Below, in pieces: positions 1-11,600 of a DNA stretch of 64,000 bases; position 1 is the stretch's first letter, and each line of letters begins with the position of its first letter. This DNA comes from Porphyridium purpureum (lineage: Eukaryota), in contig VRMN01000008.1 in assembly GCA_008690995.1 (NCBI GenBank), forward strand, positions 620,001 through 684,000, given 5' to 3'. The notes under the pieces are model-generated. The model worked only from the letters and a program-made list of their open reading frames with translations, did no database searches and had not been told where the DNA came from. The translations under genes were made by a program, and so were the position numbers.

Positions 1-2
1 GT

Positions 3-29
3 AGCCGTTTAGCCGTTTAGCCGTTAAGC
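3..29. repeat. Short 8-bp tandem repeat (AGCCGTTT)x~3
   Basis: agccgttt agccgttt agccgttaagc, about 115 bp upstream of the ATG at 144; may continue beyond the window edge. Confidence 0.8.
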
Positions 30-143
30 GCGTAGCTTACCAAATCGGTCGGCGCGGCGGAAGTGGGTCGAGAAGACGTGCAGAACGCGCTGCGCGACGA
101 GCCGGAACGCGCGTCGTGGACACAGGTGCGGTGCGCAGGCAGG

Positions 144-773
144 ATGGGCACCTGGCTGGCAGCTCTGGCAGCGGTCGTCGTCGCGGTCGTGGTGGTGGTA
201 GCGGCTGTTTCGTTGAGATCGAGTTTAACGGTCCGCGCGAATGACAGCGCTCGCGATGCACCCCTTGTCGCGCGAAGCGGTCGCGGTGACGCAAAGAAGA
301 GGAAGAAAAAGAGCGCGAAGGGAATGGCGGAGACTGTGAGCGCGGATGACGTGGGCGTATCAGACAGCAAGCATGTGGAGTCAGACGCCCCAGATGGCAG
401 GCTGCGCGCAGAGAAACTCGAGTCAGGGCGTGCCAAGGACGATGCGAACGAAGATATGCTGGTATCCGATGATGGCGAAGCGCCGGAACCGGCTCCGAAC
501 CCGCTGAAAATTCCGTATGGAGGAAGAGTGCTGGATATTCCAGAGCTTCAACGGCAGCATCGCGAGGAAGGATGGCAAGAGGTTCCTCGCGCATGGCCAC
601 GTGAAGGAAAGCCGGCAGCGCCGACTCCTTCTGCTGCATCTAGCACAACATTGCCAGCTGTGGCATCCAGCAGTAGTACTCAGTCCGCTTCGTCCGCGGC
701 GAAGCAGCGCCGGCGCGCCAGACAAAAAGAACGCGCTGAAATTGTGCGCGAATTCGAGCGAAATGACCTGTGA
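144..773 (+). CDS. Hypothetical protein with N-terminal signal anchor/TM and charged low-complexity tail
   Basis: ATG at 144 in ORF 63..773; MGTWLAALAAVVVAVVVVVAAVSL hydrophobic stretch, then Lys/Glu-rich region; no family recognised. Confidence 0.65.
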   Translation: MGTWLAALAAVVVAVVVVVAAVSLRSSLTVRANDSARDAPLVARSGRGDAKKRKKKSAKGMAETVSADDVGVSDSKHVESDAPDGRLRAEKLESGRAKDDANEDMLVSDDGEAPEPAPNPLKIPYGGRVLDIPELQRQHREEGWQEVPRAWPREGKPAAPTPSAASSTTLPAVASSSSTQSASSAAKQRRRARQKERAEIVREFERNDL

Positions 774-1381
774 CATCAGCGCCAGCTTGGAGAATCATCT
801 TTCAAAAAATCCAGAGGTACATACTGCATCCATATGACAAATTGCCATGTGGATTTCACGGCACAAAGCTCAACTCGGGCAGTCCCGTCTACATCAGAAC
901 TACCGACGATCAGCACAGGCAAGCGCACAGCATGCCCTCTTTTGTCTCAGAAACGTTGCGCGGGTGTTACTTTGTAGAGAAGTTCAACATCCACACCATT
1001 CCGACAGCCGCGCAGTTCTGACCTCCTTTGTCACATGATGACGACACGACCCACACGATGAATACAAAAACATATACACACGGTGCGCTTCAAGACTGCG
1101 CGCGCGAGATTCATCCGTTGCCCCGCTCGCTGTGCCGGCAATGGAAACGTGCGAGACCAGAACGCATTGAGCGTTCCGCGCAGCACCTTCGAAGCCTTGC
1201 CACTACCTGGCGCTCCACGGAAGGACAAAGGCAGAAGAAAAAGGACCGCCCGTTTCACGCAGCTCGAAATTTTCGTCCGAGGTGCAACGACTTGAAGACG
1301 CGGAGGAAAACGGCGCGGGCAGAGAACTAGAATTTGAGGAACAGAGTGTTGCGCAAAGGCTTGCCACGTGTCGCAGGCGCC

Positions 1382-2848
1382 ATGGAGAATGACCGGGAGC
1401 GGCAGAACCTGATCATGAGTCTGACGTCCAAGCTTGCGGCGGCGTCGTTCCATATGTCGCAGGCGGAAAAGGCGCAGCATTCGCTGGACACCGCGATCGC
1501 GTTGATTCGCGGCACGTTGCTGGGACTGGACCAATATCTGCATGACTTGAATCACCATCATCAGCAGCTGAGCGTGAGCGTGCGCGAGTGCCGTCATTAC
1601 CTCATGTCGTTGCAGAACAACGCGGGCGCCCCGGCGCAGGTGCCGAACGGTGTCTCGAATTTGACGTCAGACGAGCCCGCTGTGGTGGATCCGGCGCTCA
1701 CTGCTGCGATTACCGCCGCATCAGGTCCGCCCGGTAATGCCCGTCAAGAAGCTCCCAAGATGCCTCCATTGAAAGATCGAGTGAACGCGGCGTACGAGGC
1801 CACGGGCGCGCCGGAACGTGCACGTGACGAGTTGTCTGGCAAAGCGGGGGAAAAGCATGACCGTGACAGCAGTCAGGATCTTCTTTGGGCCTCCAAGCGA
1901 GCGTCTCCGAGCAAGGACGTAAAGTTGGGCTCCGCCAAAAGCCTGGGCTCAATCATCAAACCGAGTGCTGCCCGTGACCATGCGGCTGCGGCCCCGCAGA
2001 AAGACCGCCTAAATACTGTTTCTGTAGCCCCCTCGGGTTCGATGCAGGTAAGCCATGCGAAGTCGCCGACAAAGCTCCTCGGGAGCGAGGCATCCCGTGC
2101 AAAGGTACGCGCGATTACCGAGGATTCGTCCACTGGCCCCGCGAAGGAGAGTTTAGACCGCAAATCGCCGAAAACGAGTGAGCCGATGCTCGGGCTTGCT
2201 TCAGGACCAAGTGTCCACAAGATAAGTGCACCCTCAGAGACCGCGACTGCAAAGCAGAAAGTCGGCTCTGGAAAGACGGATGGCACGCCCAAGAAGACTG
2301 CTGAGGCAGAAGTTCCGCGCGAGTCGGATTCGAGTGGGTTCACGCGCTCGGAAGAAGTTGAGGACTCGATAGCGGAAACCAGGCGAGAAGCGAAAGCGTC
2401 TCTTTCGGGCACTCCTAAGAAAGATGGAAAGCCATCACCAGGCAAAGCTCCAAAAGGTGGGAGTTTGCTCGGGTCGGCTTCGGAGACTGGCGGTAGGCTC
2501 AGCGGGTTTTCAGAAGAGGAAAGGGCAAAGTACCTAAATGATATTGAATTGCAAGGGTCTTGCGTGGTATTAGCTTCCACCAGACCAGGAAGCGGGAAGG
2601 GAGGAAAGAAGTATTATCCTGCGCTTGAAATCAAGAATGAAGATGTCGTGCCGAAGAACATCATGGCCATAAAGCCCGCGGGTGACGAAAACTGGACGTG
2701 TGTGCGATGGCTGGGTTACACGCATTCTTATTCATGGCTGCACCCACAACAGCTGATCGACTATAGCGAGCTTGACGCTCACAAGCAAAAGAACAAAACC
2801 TACCTGATGGCCATACGGATTGCGGACGCGCTTTTAAAGAAAAAGTAG
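1382..2848 (+). CDS. PWWP/Tudor-like domain protein (N-terminal coiled coil, long disordered linker, C-terminal PWWP-like domain)
   Basis: C-terminal KYYPALEI...TCVRWLGYTHSYSWLHPQQLIDY matches the PWWP pattern (xWPA...V.FFG...Y.W); first ATG at 1382. Confidence 0.75.
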   Translation: MENDRERQNLIMSLTSKLAAASFHMSQAEKAQHSLDTAIALIRGTLLGLDQYLHDLNHHHQQLSVSVRECRHYLMSLQNNAGAPAQVPNGVSNLTSDEPAVVDPALTAAITAASGPPGNARQEAPKMPPLKDRVNAAYEATGAPERARDELSGKAGEKHDRDSSQDLLWASKRASPSKDVKLGSAKSLGSIIKPSAARDHAAAAPQKDRLNTVSVAPSGSMQVSHAKSPTKLLGSEASRAKVRAITEDSSTGPAKESLDRKSPKTSEPMLGLASGPSVHKISAPSETATAKQKVGSGKTDGTPKKTAEAEVPRESDSSGFTRSEEVEDSIAETRREAKASLSGTPKKDGKPSPGKAPKGGSLLGSASETGGRLSGFSEEERAKYLNDIELQGSCVVLASTRPGSGKGGKKYYPALEIKNEDVVPKNIMAIKPAGDENWTCVRWLGYTHSYSWLHPQQLIDYSELDAHKQKNKTYLMAIRIADALLKKK

Positions 2849-4472
2849 GTGGCATGCGCCCGTGTTTTCATGTGTAAGATTACCGACAAACTTTTTCACG
2901 TGGGCCCATTGCAATATGCACAGCCAATGAGCGCAGAAGCATTGTCCGGTGCCGGACTAGATCTATGCGACATGGTTGCGGCGCCTTTTGTGGTTTGATC
3001 GTCTTCATCTTTCGATGAGCGTTACCGATCATGGTGCGGCCGGTGAGATACCATCCGCATCGTGGGCGTTCGCTAGCGCGCCGTCGGGTTTGCGCACGCT
3101 AACAGTGCTATCGACTCTTGCGAGCAGATTCATTCATAGTGTGTGCTGGAGCGCTCTGTTGTCGTGGCGAGATCGTCACGGACCAGCAGTCTCTCTGTCT
3201 GTCTCTCTTTCATTTCGACTGAAACCGTCCTTGCCGAGCCATCTGTTGATCGCTCTGGCGCTGTCATTGAAGCATAGTTATTGAGGTCCTTGTCCTGTTC
3301 CCATACACGACCCACTAGTGAAAGGGGGCCACCGCCGCCCAAGCGTTACATTCCTTACTCACCGCTGACCGCCGGCCGACCTTGTCCGTTGTCCGTGTCG
3401 AACATGCGTGCCTTGGCGCTAGGAGCGAATACCATTCACTACCTCGTCCTCCAGTCATCATCCTTGCTCACACTCGATGACATGTGCAAAGATATACAGA
3501 ATCACAAAACCGACCTCGAACAAACGTCGCCTAGACAAAGGGCGCGCCACAGAGCTGGCTGGTCCAGCTTCTTGACCGGACACGAACACGAACCCGAATT
3601 CAGAATGATGATGTTGCCGACGCGGCCGAGGTATGGTGGCAGAGGGCTGCCCACAACGAGGCAAGCGTGAGATCCTGCTAGGGAAAAACGCGGCGTGTCT
3701 ATATCTGCGTGTCTGCGTGTGTGTGTGTGTGTATGTGTTTCCGGCTCGTCGAAACCGGAAGAGCGGCTTTTTGAACGAATGAATCATGAATCAGTCAGCC
3801 ACTCACATGCTCGACCGCGCGCATGCAGGCATAGCCGCTCCTGCGCGGCGTGGCGCGTGCAACGGCACGTCTGAATTCCGGGCCACTTTCCAAACGCGCG
3901 AGGCGGCGCGTGTCGGAAAGCAAGAGGGGGGTCGCGACGAAACGCGCTTCGCGACCGGGCGTGAGTGGCCGACCCAAAAAGCTGAGCGATGCACGCGGTG
4001 ATGCAGACAGGCGACTTTGTGGTGGACCTGTGTGTGTATGTGCCGTGAAGAACGAACGGGCTCGGCGACGTCGTGGTGCTCTGCGCGGCAGGCACGGATT
4101 GGATGTGGGTCGGCTGCGTGCGACAGGGGTGTATTTTGGCCTCTGACAAAGAACGCCGGAAGCAGCGAAAGGAGCTGAGGTCGGTTGGCACCTCTCGGGA
4201 CGGAGTGTATCAGGCATTCGCGCCAGTGTGGATATAAGCTCTGCAGTGTCTGTGCGTGAGGCCCGCGCTTATGTAGGTGGAGGCTTTGTGGAGTGCGCGA
4301 GCTTGGGAGAGGGTTGGTTGAAGAACGCAGCACGGTCGAACAAAGGCGGGGGAGTCAACAGGTGTTGCTCGTTGGCTGTTGGTTTATGCGACTAGGAGCA
4401 AGTGAATCGCTGTCGACGTCGAGAGAGCTGCAGCGCAGATACTGAGACAGTCCGTTGCTCCTCAATTCGGAA

Positions 4473-6395
4473 ATGCGAACAGCTCCGACTGCGGCCCTGT
4501 TCGGGCTGGCGCTTTTGGTCTGCGCGATGCAGCATGCAGCAGCGACGCCTGGCCCTCGTCAGGCGCAGGCTGTGCGCGAGAAAGAACTTTACCCGGAGGA
4601 GCTCGGATACGCGGGAGACACCAGGACGTACAAGTCGGAAGGCGCGCTGGTGTTCTGGGACTCGTCGTGGATGACGGACGATGTCTATGCACTTATGATG
4701 AGCACGCGACCGGGCGAGGATGTGCTCAAGTTTGTGCTGTATGTGATGTCAGTCACAAAGGGTCACCTATTTGGGTACGATTTTGGGGGCCTCGGACTGA
4801 CATTACGAGGCATAAACTCTGTGCTCACCGCAGGTGAAAAGCTGTACGCCACCACCATTGTGAATGACGGGGATGGTAATGAGGATGACATTAGCCACGC
4901 GCTCCTGTGTCTTGAATTCCCGGGTCTCGTGCCGGACAATGCGCGGGCGGTTCTGATTGGCGGTCTGCATTACAATATTGCGATTGACGAAGAAAGGTCT
5001 AATCGCGTGCTCGCCATTTCAGAGCCTCGTGCATCCTCCTTTGATTCTCAGGACCTGTCGTTCGTGCTGAACATCTACAACATCGACTTTGACTCGAGAA
5101 ACTACTCCACAGAGTACTCGCAGGAGATCATGGTGTCTGGCTTGAGGGGCGAGCGCTTCTTATTCGGGCGTGTGAAGGGCTCAGTTGGCTTGTTCGAAAA
5201 GTCCATCTACATGGTGTACGAGGCTACAGTGCTGCATTTTGAGATTGGGCGAAATAATATCCGCATGGTGCGCACGATGCAGATCCAGCATAGTGTGGGG
5301 CCGAGTGCATTGGCACGTGCCGTGGCCATTCGTCGCAGGCCTGACAACTCAGTGATCCTCGGATTAATTATGGTCGGCATTGAGCAGCGCGAGCTGATGG
5401 TTGCGCAGATTCCAGACACGGGCTTCAAGGTTTTCAGTCTGCACTCGTTTGACGTGAGCCGCCGCTCTGACTCGCGTTTTCAGCTGTACTCCGTAAGTCT
5501 GAACGCAGAGGGAGACACCGTGTCCTTTTCTGGTCTCTTTGAGCATCAAGTTCACCGCTTTGATACGGACAAGTCGGTCGTCGCGTTTGACAACAGAGAG
5601 CCATTTCAGTACTGGGCAGAGAACCCGTCGCGCGCGCACAAGTCGGACTTCTCCATTGGACAGCCGGGGCTGTTCATGTTCACAGGCACGGTTGTCGATA
5701 CTGGAGCGCTGGAGACCTCCATCACTGTCATGGTGCTCCAGGTTGATCGCACCGGCGGCGAGAATGATCCGTTTGTAAATGCCGGAAACGACGGCTCGAA
5801 CAGCTGCTTTCCTGCCAGCGCGCGAGTTATGATGGCGAGTGGAGAGTATAAGCGAATGGACGAACTCAAAAGCGGCGACAAGCTACGCACAGGCGCTGGC
5901 GCTGAGCACACTAGCGAGCTCGCTTTCTGGGGCCATCTTGAGCACTCGGGAATCTATCGCTTTGTGCGCATTTCGTATGAGCAGTGCAGCAACGACTTGT
6001 GCGAGGAGCGCCACTTGACCATGAGCCCCGGACACTTGGTGTACACTTATCCAGATTTTCAGCCGAAGACCGCGCGCTCCATTGAACGCGCGCAGCGCAT
6101 TTACCTGCTTGGCACTGGCTCAACTTCATTCGAGCTCGCCGAGATTACGCAAGTGAATTTCGTGTATGACAAGGGATTGTACCAGCCCCACACGCTCGAG
6201 CCTGGCTTAATCGTTGAGGGGGTCTTTGTGTCTGCGTACACCGAAGCCATGTTGCCGCGACTGGCGCACTCGTTGCTCTTACCGGTGCGGCTCATGTACA
6301 TTTGGATGCGCTGGAACCTGCTCGGTAATTTCTTTCACCACAGAAGCGACCTCGTTCGCCTTATTCACAGTGCTGCCAGCCGTGTGCTCGGCTAG
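4473..6395 (+). CDS. Secreted Hint/Hog-domain (Hedgehog-type autoprocessing) protein
   Basis: Signal peptide MRTAPTAALFGLALLVCAMQHAAA; Hint block A S|CFPASARV..SGEYKRMDELKSGD (Cys codon at 5805), block B LTMSPGHL, C-terminal GLYQPHTLEPGLIVEGVFVSAYT, then SRR-like RLAHSLLLPVRL. Confidence 0.9.
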   Translation: MRTAPTAALFGLALLVCAMQHAAATPGPRQAQAVREKELYPEELGYAGDTRTYKSEGALVFWDSSWMTDDVYALMMSTRPGEDVLKFVLYVMSVTKGHLFGYDFGGLGLTLRGINSVLTAGEKLYATTIVNDGDGNEDDISHALLCLEFPGLVPDNARAVLIGGLHYNIAIDEERSNRVLAISEPRASSFDSQDLSFVLNIYNIDFDSRNYSTEYSQEIMVSGLRGERFLFGRVKGSVGLFEKSIYMVYEATVLHFEIGRNNIRMVRTMQIQHSVGPSALARAVAIRRRPDNSVILGLIMVGIEQRELMVAQIPDTGFKVFSLHSFDVSRRSDSRFQLYSVSLNAEGDTVSFSGLFEHQVHRFDTDKSVVAFDNREPFQYWAENPSRAHKSDFSIGQPGLFMFTGTVVDTGALETSITVMVLQVDRTGGENDPFVNAGNDGSNSCFPASARVMMASGEYKRMDELKSGDKLRTGAGAEHTSELAFWGHLEHSGIYRFVRISYEQCSNDLCEERHLTMSPGHLVYTYPDFQPKTARSIERAQRIYLLGTGSTSFELAEITQVNFVYDKGLYQPHTLEPGLIVEGVFVSAYTEAMLPRLAHSLLLPVRLMYIWMRWNLLGNFFHHRSDLVRLIHSAASRVLG

Positions 6396-6649
6396 AAGAC
6401 GAGATGCCTTTGATCGACAGAAGGCATATTTCGAGGTTGGATTTATGTGTCCTGGTTAAATTTTATGTTTCTACTTTCTAGCGATTGAGGGGAGAGGCTC
6501 TTTTGCGACCGCACCGCCGAGTTTGCCTGACAGCCACAGGTGAATTGAGATGAAAGCATCAGCTGTAAACTTTTCACAATGCATCCTGCTCTGTGAGCAA
6601 AGAATCGCGCCGCTCACTTGAACGTCACCCTGTACATCTCTGCCCCTTC

Positions 6650-7846
6650 TCATTTCTTAGGTGGCGCCTTCTGATGGGTCTGCGCTGCAATCCACTGCAA
6701 AGTCTCTTCGCTGGGAAAAATATGGATGCTCTCGATCGGAGACTCCATGCCAGCGTCCAGCAGCATCAATCGGAGAGACAGTGCGTCGCCCACGATGATT
6801 TTAGGCCTCCGCGGCAGCTTCTGGTTCTGTCGTCGCGCAAGGTTCCAAGCGGTCATGAGGTCTCGCGAATCCAGAAAAACAGGAGAACTCCGTATACCGT
6901 CGCGGGACAGTGTCAAGCCATCGCATGAAAATAGTGGGATGATCAGATGCTTTTCCATGCGCTTGCGTATCGCTGGAGCGTGCACCCTGGCTTGGTCCAC
7001 GGCTTCTTGACTGGGAACGATGACGTGCTTTGGGTGACCTGCTTGGCGGGACGGCTGCGCGAGCTTAATCCCGTCCTCGAATCCGATCAGCCGAATCGAG
7101 CTCTTCTCAAGTGGAATACTATTCGCCCGCATAAAGCGAATCATTTCAACAGGCGACATGAAGAGCGGCACTGCGTCCGCGCCCGCATCGCTATCGGCTG
7201 ACGCTTGGTTGAGTTTGTATCCACGGCCTTGCATGTCAGTGAGCATCAGCAAGGGGATGTTCTGAAACTTTTCAAGCACCTGCTCGCGCGACATGCGCGT
7301 CTGCTCCGTGCTTGATCGGACAGGAAGCGTTCGGTTGAAGGGTCGCTCCTTATTGGTGTCTTGAGCTAACTCTCTCTGCACTGTCGAAGCCGCACCGCTT
7401 GGTTCGCTCGCATCTTTCCCACCCGGCACTCGAGCTCGAGCAGGAAGCGAGGCGGGCACCAACATGATCAGCGCCGCAGCTAGAGCTGCCGCGAGCACGC
7501 TGTCTAGTCTTAAAGACTGCGGGATCCGCAGATGCTTAAGCCTTTTTCTTTCGATCTGCGAAGTCTGGACGTTGTCTTCCGGAATCCTTGCAAGCACAAA
7601 ATCGCCATCCACGCTGGCCCCAACTGGCGTAGGCAATTGAAACGTCTCATTTGCTGATGACGCATTGTTCAGATCCATGCCTAACGAACGCACGCGCGTC
7701 GCAACTCTGCTTGTCCCGCGCATGCGACGTATACGGGAGGTCTGGACCACGCCGCTCACATCACCCGTTCTTCCACACCCGACATCGTGCCGGCTGCGCA
7801 ATACTGATAGCCCTGCTGCATCCACGAAACAACTCACTAACGCCAT
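6650..7846 (-). CDS. TIC22: Tic22-family plastid protein-import component
   Basis: Transit-peptide-like N-terminus; REQVLEKFQNIPLLMLTD, VPLFMS, IPLF, PVFLDSRDL motifs typical of Tic22. Confidence 0.8.
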   Translation of the reverse strand: MALVSCFVDAAGLSVLRSRHDVGCGRTGDVSGVVQTSRIRRMRGTSRVATRVRSLGMDLNNASSANETFQLPTPVGASVDGDFVLARIPEDNVQTSQIERKRLKHLRIPQSLRLDSVLAAALAAALIMLVPASLPARARVPGGKDASEPSGAASTVQRELAQDTNKERPFNRTLPVRSSTEQTRMSREQVLEKFQNIPLLMLTDMQGRGYKLNQASADSDAGADAVPLFMSPVEMIRFMRANSIPLEKSSIRLIGFEDGIKLAQPSRQAGHPKHVIVPSQEAVDQARVHAPAIRKRMEKHLIIPLFSCDGLTLSRDGIRSSPVFLDSRDLMTAWNLARRQNQKLPRRPKIIVGDALSLRLMLLDAGMESPIESIHIFPSEETLQWIAAQTHQKAPPKK

Positions 7847-7966
7847 TACCGCTCACAAACACACAGATACCCACTCTCACACACGCACACAATCTCTCCC
7901 ACTCGTTCCCTCTCTCTCACAGGCCACTCGATCCCGGTTTCTTTCTAGTAACCGATAAGCCGATGG

Positions 7967-8206
7967 ACTGGTAAACTGGTAAACTGGTAAACTGGTAAAC
8001 TGGTAAACTGGTAAACTGGTAAACTGGTAAACTGGTAAACTGGTAAACTGGTAAACTGGTAAACTGGTAAACTGGTAAACTGGTAAACTGGTAAACTGGT
8101 AAGCTGGTAAGCTGGTAAACTGGTAAACTGGTAAACTGGTAAACTGGTAAACGGGTAAACGGGTAAACGGGTAAACGGGTAAACGGGTAAACGGGTAAAC
8201 TGGTAA
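7967..8206. repeat. 8-bp tandem array (ACTGGTAA)x30 with GCTGGTAA and ACGGGTAA variants
   Basis: 240 bp of strict 8-nt periodicity; two GCTGGTAA units near 8103 and six ACGGGTAA units at 8151-8198. Confidence 0.97.
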
Positions 8207-8638
8207 GGTATGCGAACTGGAGAAAACGGTTCAAGTATGGTGGTTTATCAAAAATGCATCGATTTAGTATGAGACCGGAAAACCGGTTTGTCTTCGCACT
8301 GAACGGTCCGAGCGCGATGGAGCAAGAGAGAGAGAAAGAAAGAGAAAGAAAGAGAAAGAGAGAGACACGAGACGAGACGTAGACAGGAGGCAATCGGTGT
8401 AGGGGCACTAGATGAGCTGTGCTGGGGTGCGCTGGGATTTGGCCGACGGACTTCGAACGCTGCGTTTCAGTTGCACGCGTGGCGGACTGGGTGGTTTCTT
8501 CTTGGCTTGTCTCGGTTGAAACAAACGTTCCTCGAATTTTTGCTGGTCGAGATTGGGTGAGCTCGGCGATTGCTCTGGGAGGAGCCACGTCGCGACGGAA
8601 CGTGGTGGGTGGCCTTGTGAATCATGTGTTGATGCTGT

Positions 8639-11600
8639 TTGTTGAAGCGGTTTGTTGATGAGGTCGTTGTTGCAATGCACGCGTGGTGGAAGTATGCGGT
8701 GACTCTGCATGCGCCGCACGGATATGCGGACGCTGCATCTGCGCTGGGTCAGGCCAGACGGTTGGCTGCGTTGCACGTAAAAGTAGGCGAACACTTGCGC
8801 GCAGTAGAGCGTGCGGAAATCCTTGACTTTAATTTTTTCAGTGCGGCCGGCGCTGGTAGAGACGATAGGTTTCAAGACCAGTCGACGGCACAGCTGCGAC
8901 CAGGCACGGCCACTCAAAATGCGGAAAGTGACCTGGATCTCGTGGAATGGACGCGAGAAGTACAACGTGTTTTGCGTACAGGGCTAGAAGCGGGGGCGGT
9001 TCAACAAGTTTTACGTACATTTCATGCCGCGCAGCCACGATTGCTGGCTCTTTCTCGTGAACATAAGGAGTTGCAGAAGCTGTGGCTCGCAGTGCTCAAA
9101 CAATGCGAGGTGGTGATTGGCGCTCAGCGCGCGAACGCATTCATGTCGACTGCAGGATCAACTTCAATTTCATCGAGCGGATCTGACACACTTGCGCCCG
9201 AGCTGTTGCAGTTAAGCGTACCGCAGCTTATGGCCGTGGCACTGGTGAACTTGGAGCAGTGCGGCACAAGCTTCAATTGGGCGCCAGATGTAGCCAAAGT
9301 GGTAGTAGCCACCACATCGCGTTCGCTGGAGTGGATGTGCATGCAACTCCTAGTGAGTTGTGACCAGATCATGGGTGACTTTGCGCTGCGCTCGGCTTCG
9401 GCCTCAACTTCCAGTCATTCCGGAGTTGTGAGTTTGGGGCTCGCGGACAAATCAATTGACATAGCATGCCGCTTGTGGCTAGGCGTGCGCGTTTTGATTG
9501 AGCCAGTGTTCCGGTTACTGTTGCTCCTTCACGCGCATGCTCAGGCTGTCCGGCTGTTCGAGAAGCTGCAAGTAGCGTTTATCCACCTGGTGCCCGGGCT
9601 CGGCTCCAGTGTGGTCGCGACGCATCTTGAGCTGTGGCTTTTGGATACAGCACTCAGCCACCCCTGCTTTTCGCAGCAAAGGTATGCGTCCAAAAAGCTT
9701 GTTGACCTTATACTTGCTGCGCTGCAGCTGCGAAGCTGGGAGTTTGCCTTGGCCATTCGCCGCAAGGGTGTGCTGCAGCTGGATATGCCTCTAAGCAGCA
9801 TGCCCATCGACGCACGCGGCGACGTCCGCACGCTCCTTGACCGATTTTTGTGTCGCGTCCGCCTCGCACAATTCCTCGGCGTGCTCGGTCGCCGCGACGA
9901 GTCTCTTGCCATGCACATTTTTGACGCGCGGCAAGGCCTCTGGATGGTTGAGCTTCTCATCGTATGCGAAGCGTGGGAGTGCAAACCTTTGCTTGCCCTC
10001 GTCGTGAGGGCTTGCTTTGCGATCGCCGACCCATTCTTGGACCGCAGCGATGGCGCCGACGACGGACTGCAGGTGGGCCGAAGTGGCGGCGAGAGCGGAC
10101 GGCTTAATTTGTGCTCATCGTACACGGCCATGCTGCTGTTGGCTGCTTTCTTTGAGGTGGTTTTGAAAACCGCGAGACTCGAGGCAACATTTGACGTTTA
10201 CATGGAGTGTTGCGAGCAGACGCTCGACCGGTTTGGGGATGCTGCGGCGCGGCTATTTTCGAGCCGCAACATGTACAAGACTTTGGTGGAGGTTTTTGCA
10301 GCGACACGGTCTTTGCTGCGGAGCAAGCACGCACCGCCACCGCTTGCGTCCCACCATCAGCAGCAGCAACAACAACAACAACAACAAGGACCGTCTCATT
10401 CGCGTGCGGCGGACGCATCGCGGACCGTCAGAAAGTATGGAAGCGATAGCGCAGACGCAAAAAATGTGGGTGGAGAAGCAAAGGATCAGAAAGACGAAGA
10501 TGGCTACATGCGCATCATGACGCTCGTACAGCGCGCTTCGGCTGTTCGGGTGGAAGCTGAAGTTAAAGCAGGTAGTGACGGTACTGTAGAAACCTTCGGA
10601 GGCAGCACAGATGAATGGCTGTGTGTGTGCAACATTCTGCTCACCCATTGGCCTCGTCTTCTGCAACACCAGCGTTTCGACGCTACTGCGCGCGTATGCT
10701 CGAGCATTCTTATGTGTATGGATGAGGAAACACACAGAGCGCTCATCGCAAATGGCAATTTTTCTCCTATTATCCGCCTGGCATGCCGCATTGCCCGCGA
10801 GTTGGACGAGCCGAATATGGGAGCAAATTCTCCACGGTCGTCGAGTCATGCTAGTCATCTGCTGCGCCATTCCTTGACGCCAGCTATGCAGGAGATGTAT
10901 ATTGCGGCGCTAGACCGGCTGGCACTAATTATGGAGGGTGCGTTTGTTACAGCGTCAGCCCTTGTTGACGCCTTGCGCGCAGCGCAAAGTACGTGCGAGT
11001 TTGCAGAACTTCTCACATTTCGCTACACCGTCAGCACCGGGATGAAGCTTTTCGTTCGCATCATGAACGAACCTTGCCCCGGGTACGGCGCACCTGCCGG
11101 AGGTGCTCTATTGTCCAGCACAGCATCGAGAGTAGGAGCTGATTTTTCGTACTCCACGGCAGGTGCGGATGCCGCTGAAACCAACATTCGAACGCCCGAA
11201 ATAGGGAAGGGCAACTCGCCTGGGGTGCATTTGGTCAGAAAGGACACGTCGTTAATGCCCGATGGTTGGGCATTGAGCGCATCCCTAGGTGCTGATGTCG
11301 ATGCCAGTGGTGCCGCATCTGCGACAGAGGTGAAGGGACGAGGGCACGTTGCGAGGAGCGCAACATCAGCAATCCTGCCAACACAGCCACTCCGTGCTCG
11401 GGCGGGCGTGTCACCTGGTCAAGGTGAAATCCTGCTTTCTACTGCCGTCGCGCCGGTGGACGGGCTGCCTGCGGCAGTACTTGCAGGCAAGCGCGCGATA
11501 GTGCTAGCCATTGTGCGAACGCTTGGGCGACTCGCGGGACAGCTGAAGCTCGTGCAACAAAGCCGGCGCGCGCGCTTTGCGCTCAAAATTTTGTCCATTG

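Noticed and set aside
2850..4450. Possible genes or ncRNAs in long intergenic gaps (also 23950-25540, 27450-28690, 34150-34850, 44450-45050)
   Set aside because: Only short Arg/Ala-rich ORFs and simple repeats; no tRNA, rRNA, snRNA or protein motif I could support.
5805..6245. True protein-splicing intein
   Set aside because: Lacks the terminal His-Asn plus Cys/Ser/Thr motif and any homing endonuclease; it ends in a Hedgehog-type motif and tail.
7967..8206. CRISPR array or chromosome-end telomere
   Set aside because: No unique spacers and no cas genes; the array is internal and flanked by genes on both sides.
7917..8588. 223-aa ORF with FTSLPVYQ repeats
   Set aside because: A by-product of translating the stop-free 8-bp array; no evidence it is coding.
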